In this document: one piece after another, positions 17,818 to 28,102 of the stretch
Layout of the letters: every line of letters starts with the position of its first letter
How positions within the stretch are numbered: position 1 is the stretch's first letter
NCBI GenBank assembly: GCA_003696625.1
Contig: RFGR01000061.1
Coordinates: 1-63,994 of the forward strand
From: Planctomycetota bacterium
GTDB lineage: Bacteria; Planctomycetota; UBA1135
DNA length: 63,994 nucleotides
Direction of reading: 5' to 3'
Made by a program: the position numbers and the translations under genes
The notes under the pieces: generated by a model
The model's input: the letters and a program-made list of their open reading frames with translations, nothing else
Told to the model about the DNA's origin: nothing
Databases searched by the model: none

Positions 17818-18711
17818 ATGGATCTTGCGTCCGGTTGGTTCGGCGGGCGTCCGGCGCTGGCCTCGGCCCAGCTTCGGCAGGCGCGGGATCAGGGCTGGAG
17901 CGGGGTCTCTCTGTTGCCGGAGGACCCGTCCCTCGAGTTGGAAGGGATCGAGGAGGCGAGGCGGGATCTCGGGCGAGGGTTCTCTGCCGCCGCCTGGGAC
18001 GCCCTCCAGGCCCCTGCCCATCGTACCGCGGCAGACGGCCACTCCTCGGCCGTTTCCACGACCCAGGAGGCCGCCCTGGCCCGGATCGGCGAGACGCTCC
18101 GCCGCCTGGAGCGGCTGGACGCGCCGTTGCTCGTGGTTGCCTCCGGGCTCGACGACGACCCCCGCCGCCGGGAGGAAGGCGAAGCCCTGCTCGGACGCCT
18201 CTCCTGCGGAGAGCGCATCGAGCCGGAGGAGGGGCCGGAACTGCACGACCGCCTGCCGCGCCAGGATCGGGAACGACAGCTGGAGGCCTTCGCCCGCTTT
18301 CTCTTCGAGCTGATCCACCGCGCCGGCGGCCGGCGGGTGGCGATCGCCGCCGCTCCCAGCCCGGCCGCCGTCCTCGATCCCGAGGGCCTGGCCCTCCTGT
18401 TCGGCGAACCCTCCCTGCGCGGCCTGGGCTACTGGCACCGGACCGGCGCGGTCCAGGCCCGGGCGGCTCTCGGCCTCGAGGAGCCCGGCGCCTGGCTCGA
18501 GGCCGGCGCCGCCGCCGCCGTCGGAGCCACCCTGGAGGATTGGGGCGAGGGCCGGGGACGGCTCTTTCCGGGCGAAGGGGAGGTCGATCTGCGTCTCCTG
18601 GCCGAATACCTGCCCCGGAGGGCGGTCCGGGTACTCTCCCTGGCTCCCGGTTATCCTGGGGCGGCCCTCCAGGAGGCCCGGGAGGCCCTGGAATCGCTCG
18701 GCCTCGGATGA
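17818..18711 (+). CDS. Xylose-isomerase-like TIM barrel (AP endonuclease 2 family), degenerate
   Basis: LGYWHRTG, PGEGEVD, RVLSL pattern; ATGA overlap with the DHH gene. Confidence 0.65.
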   Translation: MDLASGWFGGRPALASAQLRQARDQGWSGVSLLPEDPSLELEGIEEARRDLGRGFSAAAWDALQAPAHRTAADGHSSAVSTTQEAALARIGETLRRLERLDAPLLVVASGLDDDPRRREEGEALLGRLSCGERIEPEEGPELHDRLPRQDRERQLEAFARFLFELIHRAGGRRVAIAAAPSPAAVLDPEGLALLFGEPSLRGLGYWHRTGAVQARAALGLEEPGAWLEAGAAAAVGATLEDWGEGRGRLFPGEGEVDLRLLAEYLPRRAVRVLSLAPGYPGAALQEAREALESLGLG

Positions 18712-19763
18712 CGCCCCCCGATCTCGACCACCTGCATGCCGCCCTTCCGGCCGAAGGGCGGCTCGTGCTCTGCACGCACCGGCACCCCGACCCGGACGGT
18801 CTCGGGGCGATGGCGGGCCTCCAGTTCCTGCTCCGGGCCGCCTTCGGGGTCGAGGCGGATCTCGTCCTGGAGGGGAGGATCCGGCGGGCGGAGAACCTGG
18901 CCATGCGCCGGCTGCTCGGGATCGAAGCCCTGCCCAAGGGCGGGGTCGACCCCGTCCAACACAAGGCGGTGTTCATCGTCGATTCCCAGCCCACCTTCTC
19001 CCACACTTCCCCGCCCGGAGGAGTGCCAGTGGTCGGGGTCGTGGACCACCACCGCGGGACCGAGGCCAACGGCTCGGAGGAGGGGCTGGGGGGGATCCCC
19101 TTCGTCTGGGTGGACCCCGACTACGGCGCCACCTCGACCATGGTCTTCCGTCTGTTCGAGGCCGCCGGAGTCGAGCCGGATCAGCGGGTGGCGACCGCTC
19201 TCTTCTGCGGGGTCCGCTACGACACGAACGACCTCGCCCGGGACGCCGGGGAGGCCGACGAGCGGGCTTACGAGGCCCTCCACCGGCTGGCGGACCGGAA
19301 GCTGGTCGCGGCCATCGACCAGCCTTCCCTGAGCCGGGAGTACTTTCGCCAGATGGCCGAGTCGATCCATGCCTGCGAGACCTACGGGCCCCTGCTCCTG
19401 ATTTTGATGGGGGAGGTCTCGAGCCCGGAGGCGGTGGCCGAGATCGCCGACTGGTTCGTCCGGCTCGAGGGGAAGCAGTGGTCGCTGGCGGGAGGAGCCT
19501 GCGACGGGGTCTACCAGGTCTCGCTCCGCACTGACATGCCCGGAGCGGACGCCTATCCGGCCCTCCGCTTCATCCTCGGCGAGGAGGGGGCCTGCGGCGG
19601 CCACGGTCGGATGGCCGGCGGTCAGATCCCGCTGACCGACCGCTCCCTCGAGGAGGTCCAGGCCCTCGTCCGGTCCCGGGCCCTGGAGGTCTTCGGTCTG
19701 GGCGGGCAGACCGGTCGGGCCCTGGTCGGGGATCCCTCCGGCCGGCCGGCGGTCGCCGATTGA
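18708..19763 (+). CDS. DHH/DHHA1 phosphoesterase (NrnA-like)
   Basis: HRHPDPDG, IVDSQ, VDHH, YDT, GGHGRMAGG. Confidence 0.9.
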   Translation: MTPPDLDHLHAALPAEGRLVLCTHRHPDPDGLGAMAGLQFLLRAAFGVEADLVLEGRIRRAENLAMRRLLGIEALPKGGVDPVQHKAVFIVDSQPTFSHTSPPGGVPVVGVVDHHRGTEANGSEEGLGGIPFVWVDPDYGATSTMVFRLFEAAGVEPDQRVATALFCGVRYDTNDLARDAGEADERAYEALHRLADRKLVAAIDQPSLSREYFRQMAESIHACETYGPLLLILMGEVSSPEAVAEIADWFVRLEGKQWSLAGGACDGVYQVSLRTDMPGADAYPALRFILGEEGACGGHGRMAGGQIPLTDRSLEEVQALVRSRALEVFGLGGQTGRALVGDPSGRPAVAD

Positions 19764-19805
19764 CAGCCCGCCCCGGGCGCTCTATCCTTTCCGCCCCTCG
19801 ACCAC

Positions 19806-19880
19806 GCGGCCGTAGCTCAGTGGTAGAGCTCTACCTTGCCAAGGTAGATGTCGTGGGTTCAAATCCCATCGGCCGCTCCA
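19806..19880 (+). tRNA. tRNA-Gly(GCC)
   Basis: Acceptor GCGGCCG/CGGCCGC, D-arm AGCTCAGTGGTAGAGC, anticodon arm CTACC-TTGCCAA-GGTAG, T-loop GTTCAAATC, encoded CCA. Confidence 0.97.
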
Positions 19881-19886
19881 ACCCCC

Positions 19887-19929
19887 CGGGAAGGCCGGAT
19901 CCGCTCGGATCCGGCCTTCCCGCCGTTTT
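19887..19929 (+). terminator. Intrinsic terminator-like hairpin after tRNA-Gly, between convergent genes
   Basis: Perfect 16-bp inverted repeat CGGGAAGGCCGGATCC-GCTC-GGATCCGGCCTTCCCG followed by CCGTTTT. Confidence 0.75.
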
Positions 19930-20028
19930 CGGCCCTCCCGGCCCGGCTTCGCCCGATCGTGGCGGCGCGAAAAGAGCGGCGCGGCCCCCGGGCGGACGCC
20001 AGGAGGCCGCGCCGGCGCGTGGCGAGCC

Positions 20029-20295
20029 CTACTCGTCGTGGGCGGCGGCGAGATCGGCGTTGGCCTGGGTGAAGGCCGACCACTTCTCGGGGACGTCGTC
20101 CTCGGCGAAGATGGCATCCACCGGACACTCGGGTTCGCAGGCGCCGCAGTCGATGCACTCGTCCGGATGGATGAACATCGGCAGGTTGAGGGTGCCGGGC
20201 TGCGGCTCGGCTTCGTAGATGCATTCCACGGGGCACACGTCCACGCAGGCGGTGTCCTTCGTGTTCACACAGGGCTCGGCGATGACGTAGGTCAT
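20029..20295 (-). CDS. fdxA: 7Fe ([3Fe-4S][4Fe-4S]) ferredoxin
   Basis: [45 protein letters not shown]. Confidence 0.93.
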   Translation of the reverse strand: MTYVIAEPCVNTKDTACVDVCPVECIYEAEPQPGTLNLPMFIHPDECIDCGACEPECPVDAIFAEDDVPEKWSAFTQANADLAAAHDE

Positions 20296-20409
20296 GTCTG
20301 TGGGTCGGGACCAGGGAAGGGGGCCGACGGGCCCGAGGGTCCCTGTTGATATAGGCTGCGGGGCCTTGGTCAAGGTTTTTTTTCCGGAGGGGGATATTCT
20401 TGGCCGGCG

Positions 20410-21009
20410 ATGGATCGGAACCTCCTGCTGGCCGCGGGGGCCGGCTACCTGTCCGGTTCGATTTCCTTCGCCCTGCTCGTGGCCCGGGCGAAGGGCGTCG
20501 ACCTGCGGGCCCACGGCAGCGGCAACCCCGGGGCCACGAACGCCGGTCGGGTCCTGGGCCGGAAGTACGGGGTTCTGGTCTACCTCCTCGACGCGCTCAA
20601 GGGCGCCCTGCCGGCCGGGGTGTCGCTGATCCTGGGCTGGCCGCCGTCGGCGGCGGTGCTCGGCGCCGCCGGGGCCTTCGCCGGTCACCTCTGGCCGATC
20701 TGGTTCGGGTTCCGAGGGGGCAAGGGGGTGGCGACCTACAGCGGCGCGATGCTGGTCCTTGCTCCCGGGGCGCTCCTGGCCGGCGCCGTCGCCTTCCTGG
20801 TCGTGGTCCTGGCCACCCGGGTGGTGGCGCTGGGCTCGCTCGCTCTGGGAATCGTCACTCCGGCCGCCCTCCGTTTGCTGGATCCCACCGCCGCCACTGG
20901 GGAGCGGGCGCCGGTGTTCGCGTTCGCCGCGGTCGGCGGCGCCCTGTTCTTCCTCACCCATCGCCGCAACCTCGCCCGCCTCCTCGCCCGGAGGAAGGAA
21001 GGAGCCTGA
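20410..21009 (+). CDS. plsY: Glycerol-3-phosphate acyltransferase
   Basis: [34 protein letters not shown]. Confidence 0.95.
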   Translation: MDRNLLLAAGAGYLSGSISFALLVARAKGVDLRAHGSGNPGATNAGRVLGRKYGVLVYLLDALKGALPAGVSLILGWPPSAAVLGAAGAFAGHLWPIWFGFRGGKGVATYSGAMLVLAPGALLAGAVAFLVVVLATRVVALGSLALGIVTPAALRLLDPTAATGERAPVFAFAAVGGALFFLTHRRNLARLLARRKEGA

Positions 21010-21010
21010 G

Positions 21011-22033
21011 ATGCCCGAAGCTCCGCAACGCAGCCTGGTCGTCGGGGACGGCGGCTGGGGCACCGCGATCGCTCTGTCCCTCCATCGCGCCGGACGTCCG
21101 GTCACGGTCTGGAGCCACGACCCCGACTACGCGGCCGAGGTGGCCCGCAGCCGGCGGAATCCGAAGTTCCTGCCCGGAGTCGAGATCCCGGGCGAGATCC
21201 GCTGGACCGCCGACCTCGAGGAGGCCGTGGCGGGCGCCGACATCTACTACTCCGTGGTGCCGACCCAGTTCCTGCGGGCGACCTTGCGGCGATTCGCCGG
21301 CGCCCTGGCCAATCTGCCGGCGGTCTCGGCCTCGAAGGGCCTGGAACTCGGCACTCTCAAGCGTCCGTCCGAGATCCTGGTCGAGGCGGCCGGAGCCCGG
21401 GCCGGGGTGGCGGTCTTGTCCGGGCCCAGTCACGCCGAGGAGACCGCCCGCGGCCTGGCCACCTCGGTGGTGGTGGCCAGCCGGGAACCCGGCCTCGCCG
21501 AACGGGTCCAGGCCGAACTCGGCAGCGCCTCCCTCCGCCTTTACACCGGTCAGGACCTGGTCGGGGTCGAGCTGGGCGGCGCCCTGAAGAACGTGATCGC
21601 GGTCGCGGCCGGGGTCGCCGACGGCCTCGGCCTGGGCGACAACGCCAAGGCGGCCCTGGTCGCGCGCGGACTGGTCGAGATGGCCCGCTTTGGGGTCCTG
21701 CACGGCGCCCGCCGGGAGACCTTCTTCGGCCTCAGCGGCGCCGGCGACCTGATGGCGACCTGCTACTCGCGCCATTCCCGCAACCGCGCCCTCGGCGAGC
21801 GGATCGGCCGCGGCGAGACCCTGGCCGAGATCCAGGCCTCGACCGAGAAGGTGGCCGAAGGCGTCTGGACCACCGAAGCCCTCCACGCCGCCGCCCGGTC
21901 CGAGGAGCTGGAGCTGCCGATCACCGAGCAGCTCCACGCCATCCTCTTCGAGGGCCGCGACTGTGCCGACGCGGTGCGCGAGCTGATGCTGCGCCCTTCC
22001 CGCCCCGAACAGGATTCCGCCCCGCCCGCCTGA
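21011..22033 (+). CDS. gpsA: NAD(P)H-dependent glycerol-3-phosphate dehydrogenase
   Basis: [40 protein letters not shown]. Confidence 0.95.
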   Translation: MPEAPQRSLVVGDGGWGTAIALSLHRAGRPVTVWSHDPDYAAEVARSRRNPKFLPGVEIPGEIRWTADLEEAVAGADIYYSVVPTQFLRATLRRFAGALANLPAVSASKGLELGTLKRPSEILVEAAGARAGVAVLSGPSHAEETARGLATSVVVASREPGLAERVQAELGSASLRLYTGQDLVGVELGGALKNVIAVAAGVADGLGLGDNAKAALVARGLVEMARFGVLHGARRETFFGLSGAGDLMATCYSRHSRNRALGERIGRGETLAEIQASTEKVAEGVWTTEALHAAARSEELELPITEQLHAILFEGRDCADAVRELMLRPSRPEQDSAPPA

Positions 22034-22039
22034 ACGCCC

Positions 22040-23536
22040 ATGTCCGCCCTCGTCCTGAGCGCCCTTCTCTCCCTGGCCGCCTTTCCCGCTCGGCAGGAGC
22101 CGGACGGCTTCGCCGCCCTGGCCGAACGGGTGCGCGAGCGGGAACTGGCCAACGGCCTGCGGGTGATCGTCCTGCCCTACGGCGAGGCGCCGGTGGTCTC
22201 CTTCCACGTTCGGGTCGCGGTCGGCGCGATCGACGAACCGGTCGGACGGACCGGCCTCGCCCACTTCGCCGAACACATGGCCTTCAAGGGATCGCCGCGG
22301 ATCGGCAGCCGCGACTGGCCGGCGGAGCGGGCGGCGCTGGAGACCTGCGACCGGGCCTGGCGGGCCCTGGAGCGGGCGGAGGCGGTCGGCGCCCCGCCGG
22401 AACGCCGGGCCGAGCTGGAAGCCGCCTTCGAGGCCGCCCGGGCGGCGGCCGACCGTCTCACCGATACCGGCGCCTTCGACCGGGTGATGGAAACCGCCGG
22501 CGGCCGGAACTCGAACGCCTCGACCGGAGCGGATGCGACCGACTACTTCGTGTCGCTGCCGGCCGGCCGGATGGAGACCTGGTTCTGGCTGGCGCGGGAG
22601 ATGTTCGGCGCACCGGTGATGCGCGAGTTCTACAAGGAGCGGGACGTCGTGATCGAGGAGCGCCGGATGCGGACCGACGGCAGTCCGTTCGGCGCCGCCC
22701 TCGAGTCCCTCCTGCAGGCCGCCTTCGTCGCCCACCCCTACCGCGACCCGACGATCGGCCACCTCGACGACCTCCGCCATCTCGACCGTCCGGAGATGAT
22801 CGACTTCTGGCGCCGCCACTACACCGCCGACCGGATGATCCTGGCGGTGGTCGGCCGGGTCGATCCCGAGCGGGTCTTCGCCCTGGCCGAGACCTACCTC
22901 GGCGACCTGCCCCGCGGGCTGGAGCCCCGACCCCGGCGCACCGCCGAGCCGCCGCCGCGCGGCCCGCGCTCGGCCGAGGTGGTCCTCCAGGCCAGCCCGT
23001 TCGCTCTGGCCGCCTGGCCGGTGCCGGCCCTGACCGGGCGCCGGCACCTGCTTCATCTCGCGCTGGCCGATCTGCTCGCCGGCGGGCCGGCCTCGCGCCT
23101 TCACCGCGCCCTGGTCCAGGAGGCCGGTCTGGCGGTCGAGGTCGAGGCCATCGCCGGGTTCCCCGGCCGTCTGGATCCCACCCTCTTCGCCCTGCTTCTC
23201 GTGCCCGCCCCCGGGGTGTCGCCGGCGGACTGCGTCGAGCGGGCCCAGGCCGAGATCGACCGGTTGGCCGCCGAGGGGCCGAGCCCGGAGGAACTCGAAG
23301 CCGTCCGCCGGCGGACCGAGATCGCCTTCCTCGAAGCCGCCGAAGACGCGGCGGGCCTGGCCGCCGCCTTGGCCGAGGCTGAGGATCTGGACGGAGGGTG
23401 GCGGCAGCTCTTCCGCGCCCCGGCGATCCTGCACCGCTTTGGGCCGGAGGACTTCCGTCGGGCGGCCGGCCGGCTGAAGGCCGCCGCCCGGACCACCGTT
23501 CTCCTGGCGCCGCCGGCGGAGGAGGTCCAGGGATGA
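22040..23536 (+). CDS. M16 family zinc peptidase, catalytic subunit, exported
   Basis: Signal peptide; LANGL, HFAEHMAFKG (HxxEH), NAST, ERDVVIEERR. Confidence 0.9.
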   Translation: MSALVLSALLSLAAFPARQEPDGFAALAERVRERELANGLRVIVLPYGEAPVVSFHVRVAVGAIDEPVGRTGLAHFAEHMAFKGSPRIGSRDWPAERAALETCDRAWRALERAEAVGAPPERRAELEAAFEAARAAADRLTDTGAFDRVMETAGGRNSNASTGADATDYFVSLPAGRMETWFWLAREMFGAPVMREFYKERDVVIEERRMRTDGSPFGAALESLLQAAFVAHPYRDPTIGHLDDLRHLDRPEMIDFWRRHYTADRMILAVVGRVDPERVFALAETYLGDLPRGLEPRPRRTAEPPPRGPRSAEVVLQASPFALAAWPVPALTGRRHLLHLALADLLAGGPASRLHRALVQEAGLAVEVEAIAGFPGRLDPTLFALLLVPAPGVSPADCVERAQAEIDRLAAEGPSPEELEAVRRRTEIAFLEAAEDAAGLAAALAEAEDLDGGWRQLFRAPAILHRFGPEDFRRAAGRLKAAARTTVLLAPPAEEVQG

Positions 23537-25665
23537 GCGGACGGCCGCTCCCGATCGTCCTGGCACCGCTGCTGTTGGCGTTGCTGGCCGGCTGCGGCTC
23601 GGAGCCGCCGGTGGCCGAGGACGAGGGCGGCCCGGCCGCCGCGCCGGCGCCCTGGCCGCTGCCGCCGGCGACCTGGGACCGCCCCGATCGGGTCCCGATC
23701 GAGCCGACCCCGGCCTTCACGCCCCGGCTGCCGGACCGCCTCGAACTCTCCAACGGCATCGTCGTCCTGCTTCTGCCCGACCCGAGCCGGCCGCTGGTCC
23801 GGCTCGAACTCCGGCTCCGGGGCGGGGACTGGGCCGACCCGGTCGGCAAGGAAGGGCTGGCGGCCTTCACCGCCGCCGCCATCCGGGAGGGCGGCAGCGC
23901 CGCCTGGCCGGCCCCGCGGCTGGACGAGGAACTCGCCCGACTGGGCGCCGAGATCGACCTGGCGACCGGGCCCCTGCGGACCACCGCCCGGCTGAAGTGC
24001 TTGAGGGAGGATCTCGACCCGGTTCTGGGCATCCTGGCCGACCTCGTCCGCCGGCCGGCCTTCCCGACCGACGCGGTCGAACGGATCCGGGATCGGCTTC
24101 TGGCCGCGGTCGACCGCCGCGACGACCGGGCCGGGCCGGCCGCCGATCGCGAGGCGCGGCGGGCCTTCTACGGCCTGCACGATCCTCGGGTCCGGAGGAT
24201 GGAGCGGGCGTCGTTGGCGGCGATCCACGCCGAGGACCTGGCCGCCTTCCACCGCGAGCGCTACGGCAGCCGCGGCGCGCTCCTGGCGGTGGTGGGGGAC
24301 TTCGAACCAACCGCGTTGGCGGCGCGGCTCGAGGCCGCCTTCGGCGACTGGGGGGCGCAGGAGGCCGGGCCGGTCCAGGTGCCCGAGGAGGCCCCGGCTC
24401 CCGCCGGCCGCCGTGTCGTGCTCTGGGCACGGCCGGGCGCCGCCCAGGCCGAGATCCGTTTCCTGCTCGAGGGGGTGCGCCGGCGGCACCCCGACTGGCC
24501 GGCGCTCCAGTTCGCCTCCTGGGCCCTCGGCCGCGGCGGTTTCGGCTCCCGCATGGTCACCCGGATCCGGACCGAACTCGGGCTGGCCTACACCACCGGC
24601 GCCGGCTGGCAGCCGGGTTGGACCCAGCAGGGCCTGTTCCTGGCCTCCTGCGGAACCAAGGGCGCAACCGCCGTCCAGGCGACCCGGGAGATGCTGGCCG
24701 TGCTCGAGGAGTTCCTGGCCGAAGGCTTCCGGCCCGGCGAGTTCGAGCGGACCCGGGATCGGCTGCTCAACGCCCGGGTCTTCCTCAGCGACCAGCCGGA
24801 GGAGGTCCTGGCCCGGACCGCCGACCTGGAGTGGAACGGCTACCCCTGGAGCTTCCTCGAGCAGGAGGAACAGGCGCTGCGCGAACTGCGGCCGGAGCAG
24901 GTGCTCGACGCCTGCCGCCGCCACCTGGATCCCGAGCGCCTGCTGATCTTCCTCGCCGGTGATCCCGCCACCTTCGACCCCGGCCTGGAGGAGATCGGCC
25001 CGGTCGAGACCTGGTCGGCCGCGGCGCCGGCCGGCGGCGGCCGGGGCGGGGCCGACGATCCCGACCGGGCCCGCGGCGAGGACCTCGCGGGCCTGCTTCT
25101 CGCCAGTCACGGGGGAGCCGCGGCCTGGCTGGCGGTCGGCGCCACCGCCAGCCGAATCGAACGGGGCGGGGTTCCGGCCTTGGAGGCCGTCCTGGTTTGG
25201 CCCGGCCGCTTCCTGGTCCGGCTGGCCGACGAACCGGAGCGAGTGCTGTCCCTGGTCCGGGAGGACGCGGTCTGGGCGGCGGGCGCCGACGGCGGCCTGG
25301 CCGAACTCGGCCCGGAGGAGGCCGCCGCCGCCCGCTCCGGGGTGCAGGCCAAGCTGCCGCTGGTCCTGATGCGTCTGGCCCGCGGCGAGTACGAGGTCGA
25401 GGCCACCGGCGAGCGCCGGCTCCGGCTGCGGGACGAGGAGGGCACCGTGCTCGAACTCGAGCTGAACGAACACGGGCTCTGCGGGGCTCTGGTCGAGCCG
25501 GACGGCGCCCGCTACCGCTTCGGCTCCTACTCCCTGGTCGGCGGGGTCATGCTGCCGACCGAAGTCGTGGTCGAGGAGGAGGACGGTCCGGTCGCCTTCA
25601 CCTTCTCGTGGCGGGTGAATCCGCCGCTGGAGGCCGCCTGGTTCGAGCCGCCGGCCGACCGCTGA
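23533..25665 (+). CDS. M16 peptidase non-catalytic partner; lipoprotein with extra C-terminal domain
   Basis: Lipobox LLAGC; LSNGI; no HxxEH; SRMVTRIRTELGLAY motif; about 200-aa C-terminal extension. Confidence 0.85.
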   Translation: MSGRPLPIVLAPLLLALLAGCGSEPPVAEDEGGPAAAPAPWPLPPATWDRPDRVPIEPTPAFTPRLPDRLELSNGIVVLLLPDPSRPLVRLELRLRGGDWADPVGKEGLAAFTAAAIREGGSAAWPAPRLDEELARLGAEIDLATGPLRTTARLKCLREDLDPVLGILADLVRRPAFPTDAVERIRDRLLAAVDRRDDRAGPAADREARRAFYGLHDPRVRRMERASLAAIHAEDLAAFHRERYGSRGALLAVVGDFEPTALAARLEAAFGDWGAQEAGPVQVPEEAPAPAGRRVVLWARPGAAQAEIRFLLEGVRRRHPDWPALQFASWALGRGGFGSRMVTRIRTELGLAYTTGAGWQPGWTQQGLFLASCGTKGATAVQATREMLAVLEEFLAEGFRPGEFERTRDRLLNARVFLSDQPEEVLARTADLEWNGYPWSFLEQEEQALRELRPEQVLDACRRHLDPERLLIFLAGDPATFDPGLEEIGPVETWSAAAPAGGGRGGADDPDRARGEDLAGLLLASHGGAAAWLAVGATASRIERGGVPALEAVLVWPGRFLVRLADEPERVLSLVREDAVWAAGADGGLAELGPEEAAAARSGVQAKLPLVLMRLARGEYEVEATGERRLRLRDEEGTVLELELNEHGLCGALVEPDGARYRFGSYSLVGGVMLPTEVVVEEEDGPVAFTFSWRVNPPLEAAWFEPPADR

Positions 25666-25685
25666 CCGCGGCTATCCTGCCGCCG

Positions 25686-27413
25686 ATGGACGACAGCCGC
25701 CACCCGGCGCCGCCCCGGCGTTTCCTGCCGCCGGAGTGGGGCCCGACCGACTGGCCGGCGATCGCGGAGATCGTCGCCGAACTCGAACGGCGAGTGATCG
25801 CCGATCCGGCCGGCCTCGAGACCTGGTTGCTCGATCGCAGCGAGTTGGACTCCGCCGTCGCCGGCCGAGCTTCCCGGCTGGCGGTCGCCGCCGCCCGGGA
25901 CACCGCCGACGCCGCGGCCGAGGCCGCCCACCTCGTCTATCAGACCGAGATCCTGCCGGAGTACCACCGGGCCTCGGACCGCCTCGACCGGAAGTACCTG
26001 GCCTGCCCGGCCCGATCCGGTCTGGACCGGGAGCGCTGGCGGGTCCACGACCGCGATACCGAGCTGGCGGTGGAACTGTTCCGGGAGGAGAACGTCGAAC
26101 TCGAGGCCGAGGAGGAGAAGCTGATCACCGAGTACGGCCGGATCAGCGGCGGCATGACCGTGCCCTTCCGCGGCGCCGAGCGGACCCTGGCCGAGATGGC
26201 CCCCTTCGCCGAGGAGACCGATCGCGGGCTGCGCGAGGAGGCCTGGCGGGCGGTGGCGGCCCGGCGCCTGGGCGAACGGGAACGACTCGACGACCTCTTC
26301 GACCGGATGCTCTCCCTGCGGCGGCGGATCGCCGTCAACGCCGGCTTCGCCGATTACCGGGACTACAAGCACCGCGCCCTCGGCCGGTTCGACTATTCCC
26401 CGGCCGACTGCCTGGAGCTGCACCGCAGCGTCGAACGGCACGTGTTGCCGCTGGTCCGACGCCTGAGCGAGCGCCGCCGGCGGTTGCTCGGCCTCGAGCG
26501 GCTCCGCCCCTGGGACTTCGCGGTCGATCCGGAAGGTCGGCCGCCCTACCGGCCCTTCGCCGACAGCGCCGGCCAAGTCCGGCTCGCCGCCGAGCTGATC
26601 GGCCGGGTGGACTCCGGCTTCGCCGAGGAGCTGCGCTGGATGGAGCGGGCCGGTCTGCTCGACCTCGAGACGCGGCCGAACAAGAGACAGGGCGGCTTCA
26701 TGGACACCTTCGAGGACTGTCGCCACCCGTTCATCTTCGCCAACAGTCCCCACACCCACGCCGGGATCGAGACCCTCGTCCACGAGACCGGCCACGCCGT
26801 TCACGCCCTGCTCGCCCGCCACCTGGAGCCGGTCGGTTACCGTTCGGCGCCGCTCGAGTTCTGCGAAGTGGCGTCGATGGGCCTCGAGCTGCTGGCGCTC
26901 GAGCAGCTGCCGGCGGTCTACCCGGCCGTGGAGGCCCGCCGGGCGGCCCTCGATTCCTTCGAGGACGTCGCCGCCTCGCTGGCCTGGACCTGCACCGTGG
27001 ACGCCTTCCAGCACGAGGTCTACACCCGTCCGGAGTGCGGCGCGGAGGAACGGGCCAGGATCTGGCTCGACCTGCGGCGTCGCTTCGGGGCGCCGTGCGA
27101 CTGGACCGGCCTCGAGGAGGAGCGTCGCTTCGGCTGGCAGGCCCAGCTCCACCTGTTCGAGGTGCCGTTCTACTACGTGGAGTACGCCCTGGCCCAGATC
27201 GGCGCCCTTCAGCTCTGGTCGGCCTGGCGGCGGGATCCGGAGGGGGCGGTCGCCCGGCTTCGGCGGGGTCTGGCCTTGGGTGGATCCCGGCCGCTGCCTG
27301 ACCTCTATCGGGCCGCCGGCCTCCGTTTCGATCCGCGCGGCGAGACCCTCCCGGCCCTGGTCGGCGAACTCGAGGCGGCCTGGACGGAACTGGCCGGGGA
27401 GCCGGTCGGATGA
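25686..27413 (+). CDS. pepF: Oligoendopeptidase F (M3B)
   Basis: LRPWD, KRQGGF, HETGH, EVAS, HLFEVPFYYVEY. Confidence 0.9.
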   Translation: MDDSRHPAPPRRFLPPEWGPTDWPAIAEIVAELERRVIADPAGLETWLLDRSELDSAVAGRASRLAVAAARDTADAAAEAAHLVYQTEILPEYHRASDRLDRKYLACPARSGLDRERWRVHDRDTELAVELFREENVELEAEEEKLITEYGRISGGMTVPFRGAERTLAEMAPFAEETDRGLREEAWRAVAARRLGERERLDDLFDRMLSLRRRIAVNAGFADYRDYKHRALGRFDYSPADCLELHRSVERHVLPLVRRLSERRRRLLGLERLRPWDFAVDPEGRPPYRPFADSAGQVRLAAELIGRVDSGFAEELRWMERAGLLDLETRPNKRQGGFMDTFEDCRHPFIFANSPHTHAGIETLVHETGHAVHALLARHLEPVGYRSAPLEFCEVASMGLELLALEQLPAVYPAVEARRAALDSFEDVAASLAWTCTVDAFQHEVYTRPECGAEERARIWLDLRRRFGAPCDWTGLEEERRFGWQAQLHLFEVPFYYVEYALAQIGALQLWSAWRRDPEGAVARLRRGLALGGSRPLPDLYRAAGLRFDPRGETLPALVGELEAAWTELAGEPVG

Positions 27414-28102
27414 GCTCGACCTGGGTGATCGGCGACATCCACGGCTGCGCCGAAGAGCTGGCCGAGCTGCTCGAGCGGCTCCAGCCCGGCGGGGAGGATC
27501 GGGTGATCGCGGTCGGCGACCTCTACCACCGGGGGCCCGACCCGCTCGGCGTGGCCGCCCTCCTCGCCGGCGTCGGGGCCGAGATCGTCCTCGGCAACCA
27601 CGAACACGTGCTCCTGCGCCGTCTCGCCCTGCTCGGCGGGGGCGCGCCCTGGAGCGGGATCCCGGCCGAGGACCTGGCCGGCGACGGCGGCACGCCGCTG
27701 GCCCCCGTCGACCCGGCCCGCTCGGCCGAGCTGCTCGAGCCGCTGCGCGGTCGGCCCTACTTCCTGCGCGGCCAGGGGCCGGAGGGTCCGTGGCTGGTCG
27801 TGCACGCCGGCGTCCTGCCCGGCCGCCGACCGGAGGAGACCCCGCCGCGGCAGCTCGTCCGGCTGCGCCGGCTCCAGGGACTGCGTGGGGAGCCGTTCTG
27901 GTTCGAGGTCTGGGAGGGTCCGGAGCTGGTCCTGTTCGGGCACACGAGCGGCCGGGTGCCGCGGCGCCGGGTGGCGGGCGGCCGGTTGGTCGCGCTCGGA
28001 CTGGACACCGGCTGCGTCTACGGCGGCGCCTTGACCGCCTTTCGGATCGAGGACGGCGAGCTGGAGGCGGTGCCGGCCCGACGCCGCTACGCCGGCTCAT
28101 GA
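27410..28102 (+). CDS. Calcineurin-like metallophosphoesterase (ApaH/PrpE-like)
   Basis: GDIHG, GDLYHRGP, GNHE, VHAG, FGH, LDTGCVYGG. Confidence 0.9.
   Translation: MSSTWVIGDIHGCAEELAELLERLQPGGEDRVIAVGDLYHRGPDPLGVAALLAGVGAEIVLGNHEHVLLRRLALLGGGAPWSGIPAEDLAGDGGTPLAPVDPARSAELLEPLRGRPYFLRGQGPEGPWLVVHAGVLPGRRPEETPPRQLVRLRRLQGLRGEPFWFEVWEGPELVLFGHTSGRVPRRRVAGGRLVALGLDTGCVYGGALTAFRIEDGELEAVPARRRYAGS

Noticed and set aside
19806-20030. tRNA-Gly as an integration site for a genomic island
   Set aside because: No integrase, no duplicated tRNA 3' end that I could find, and housekeeping genes on both sides
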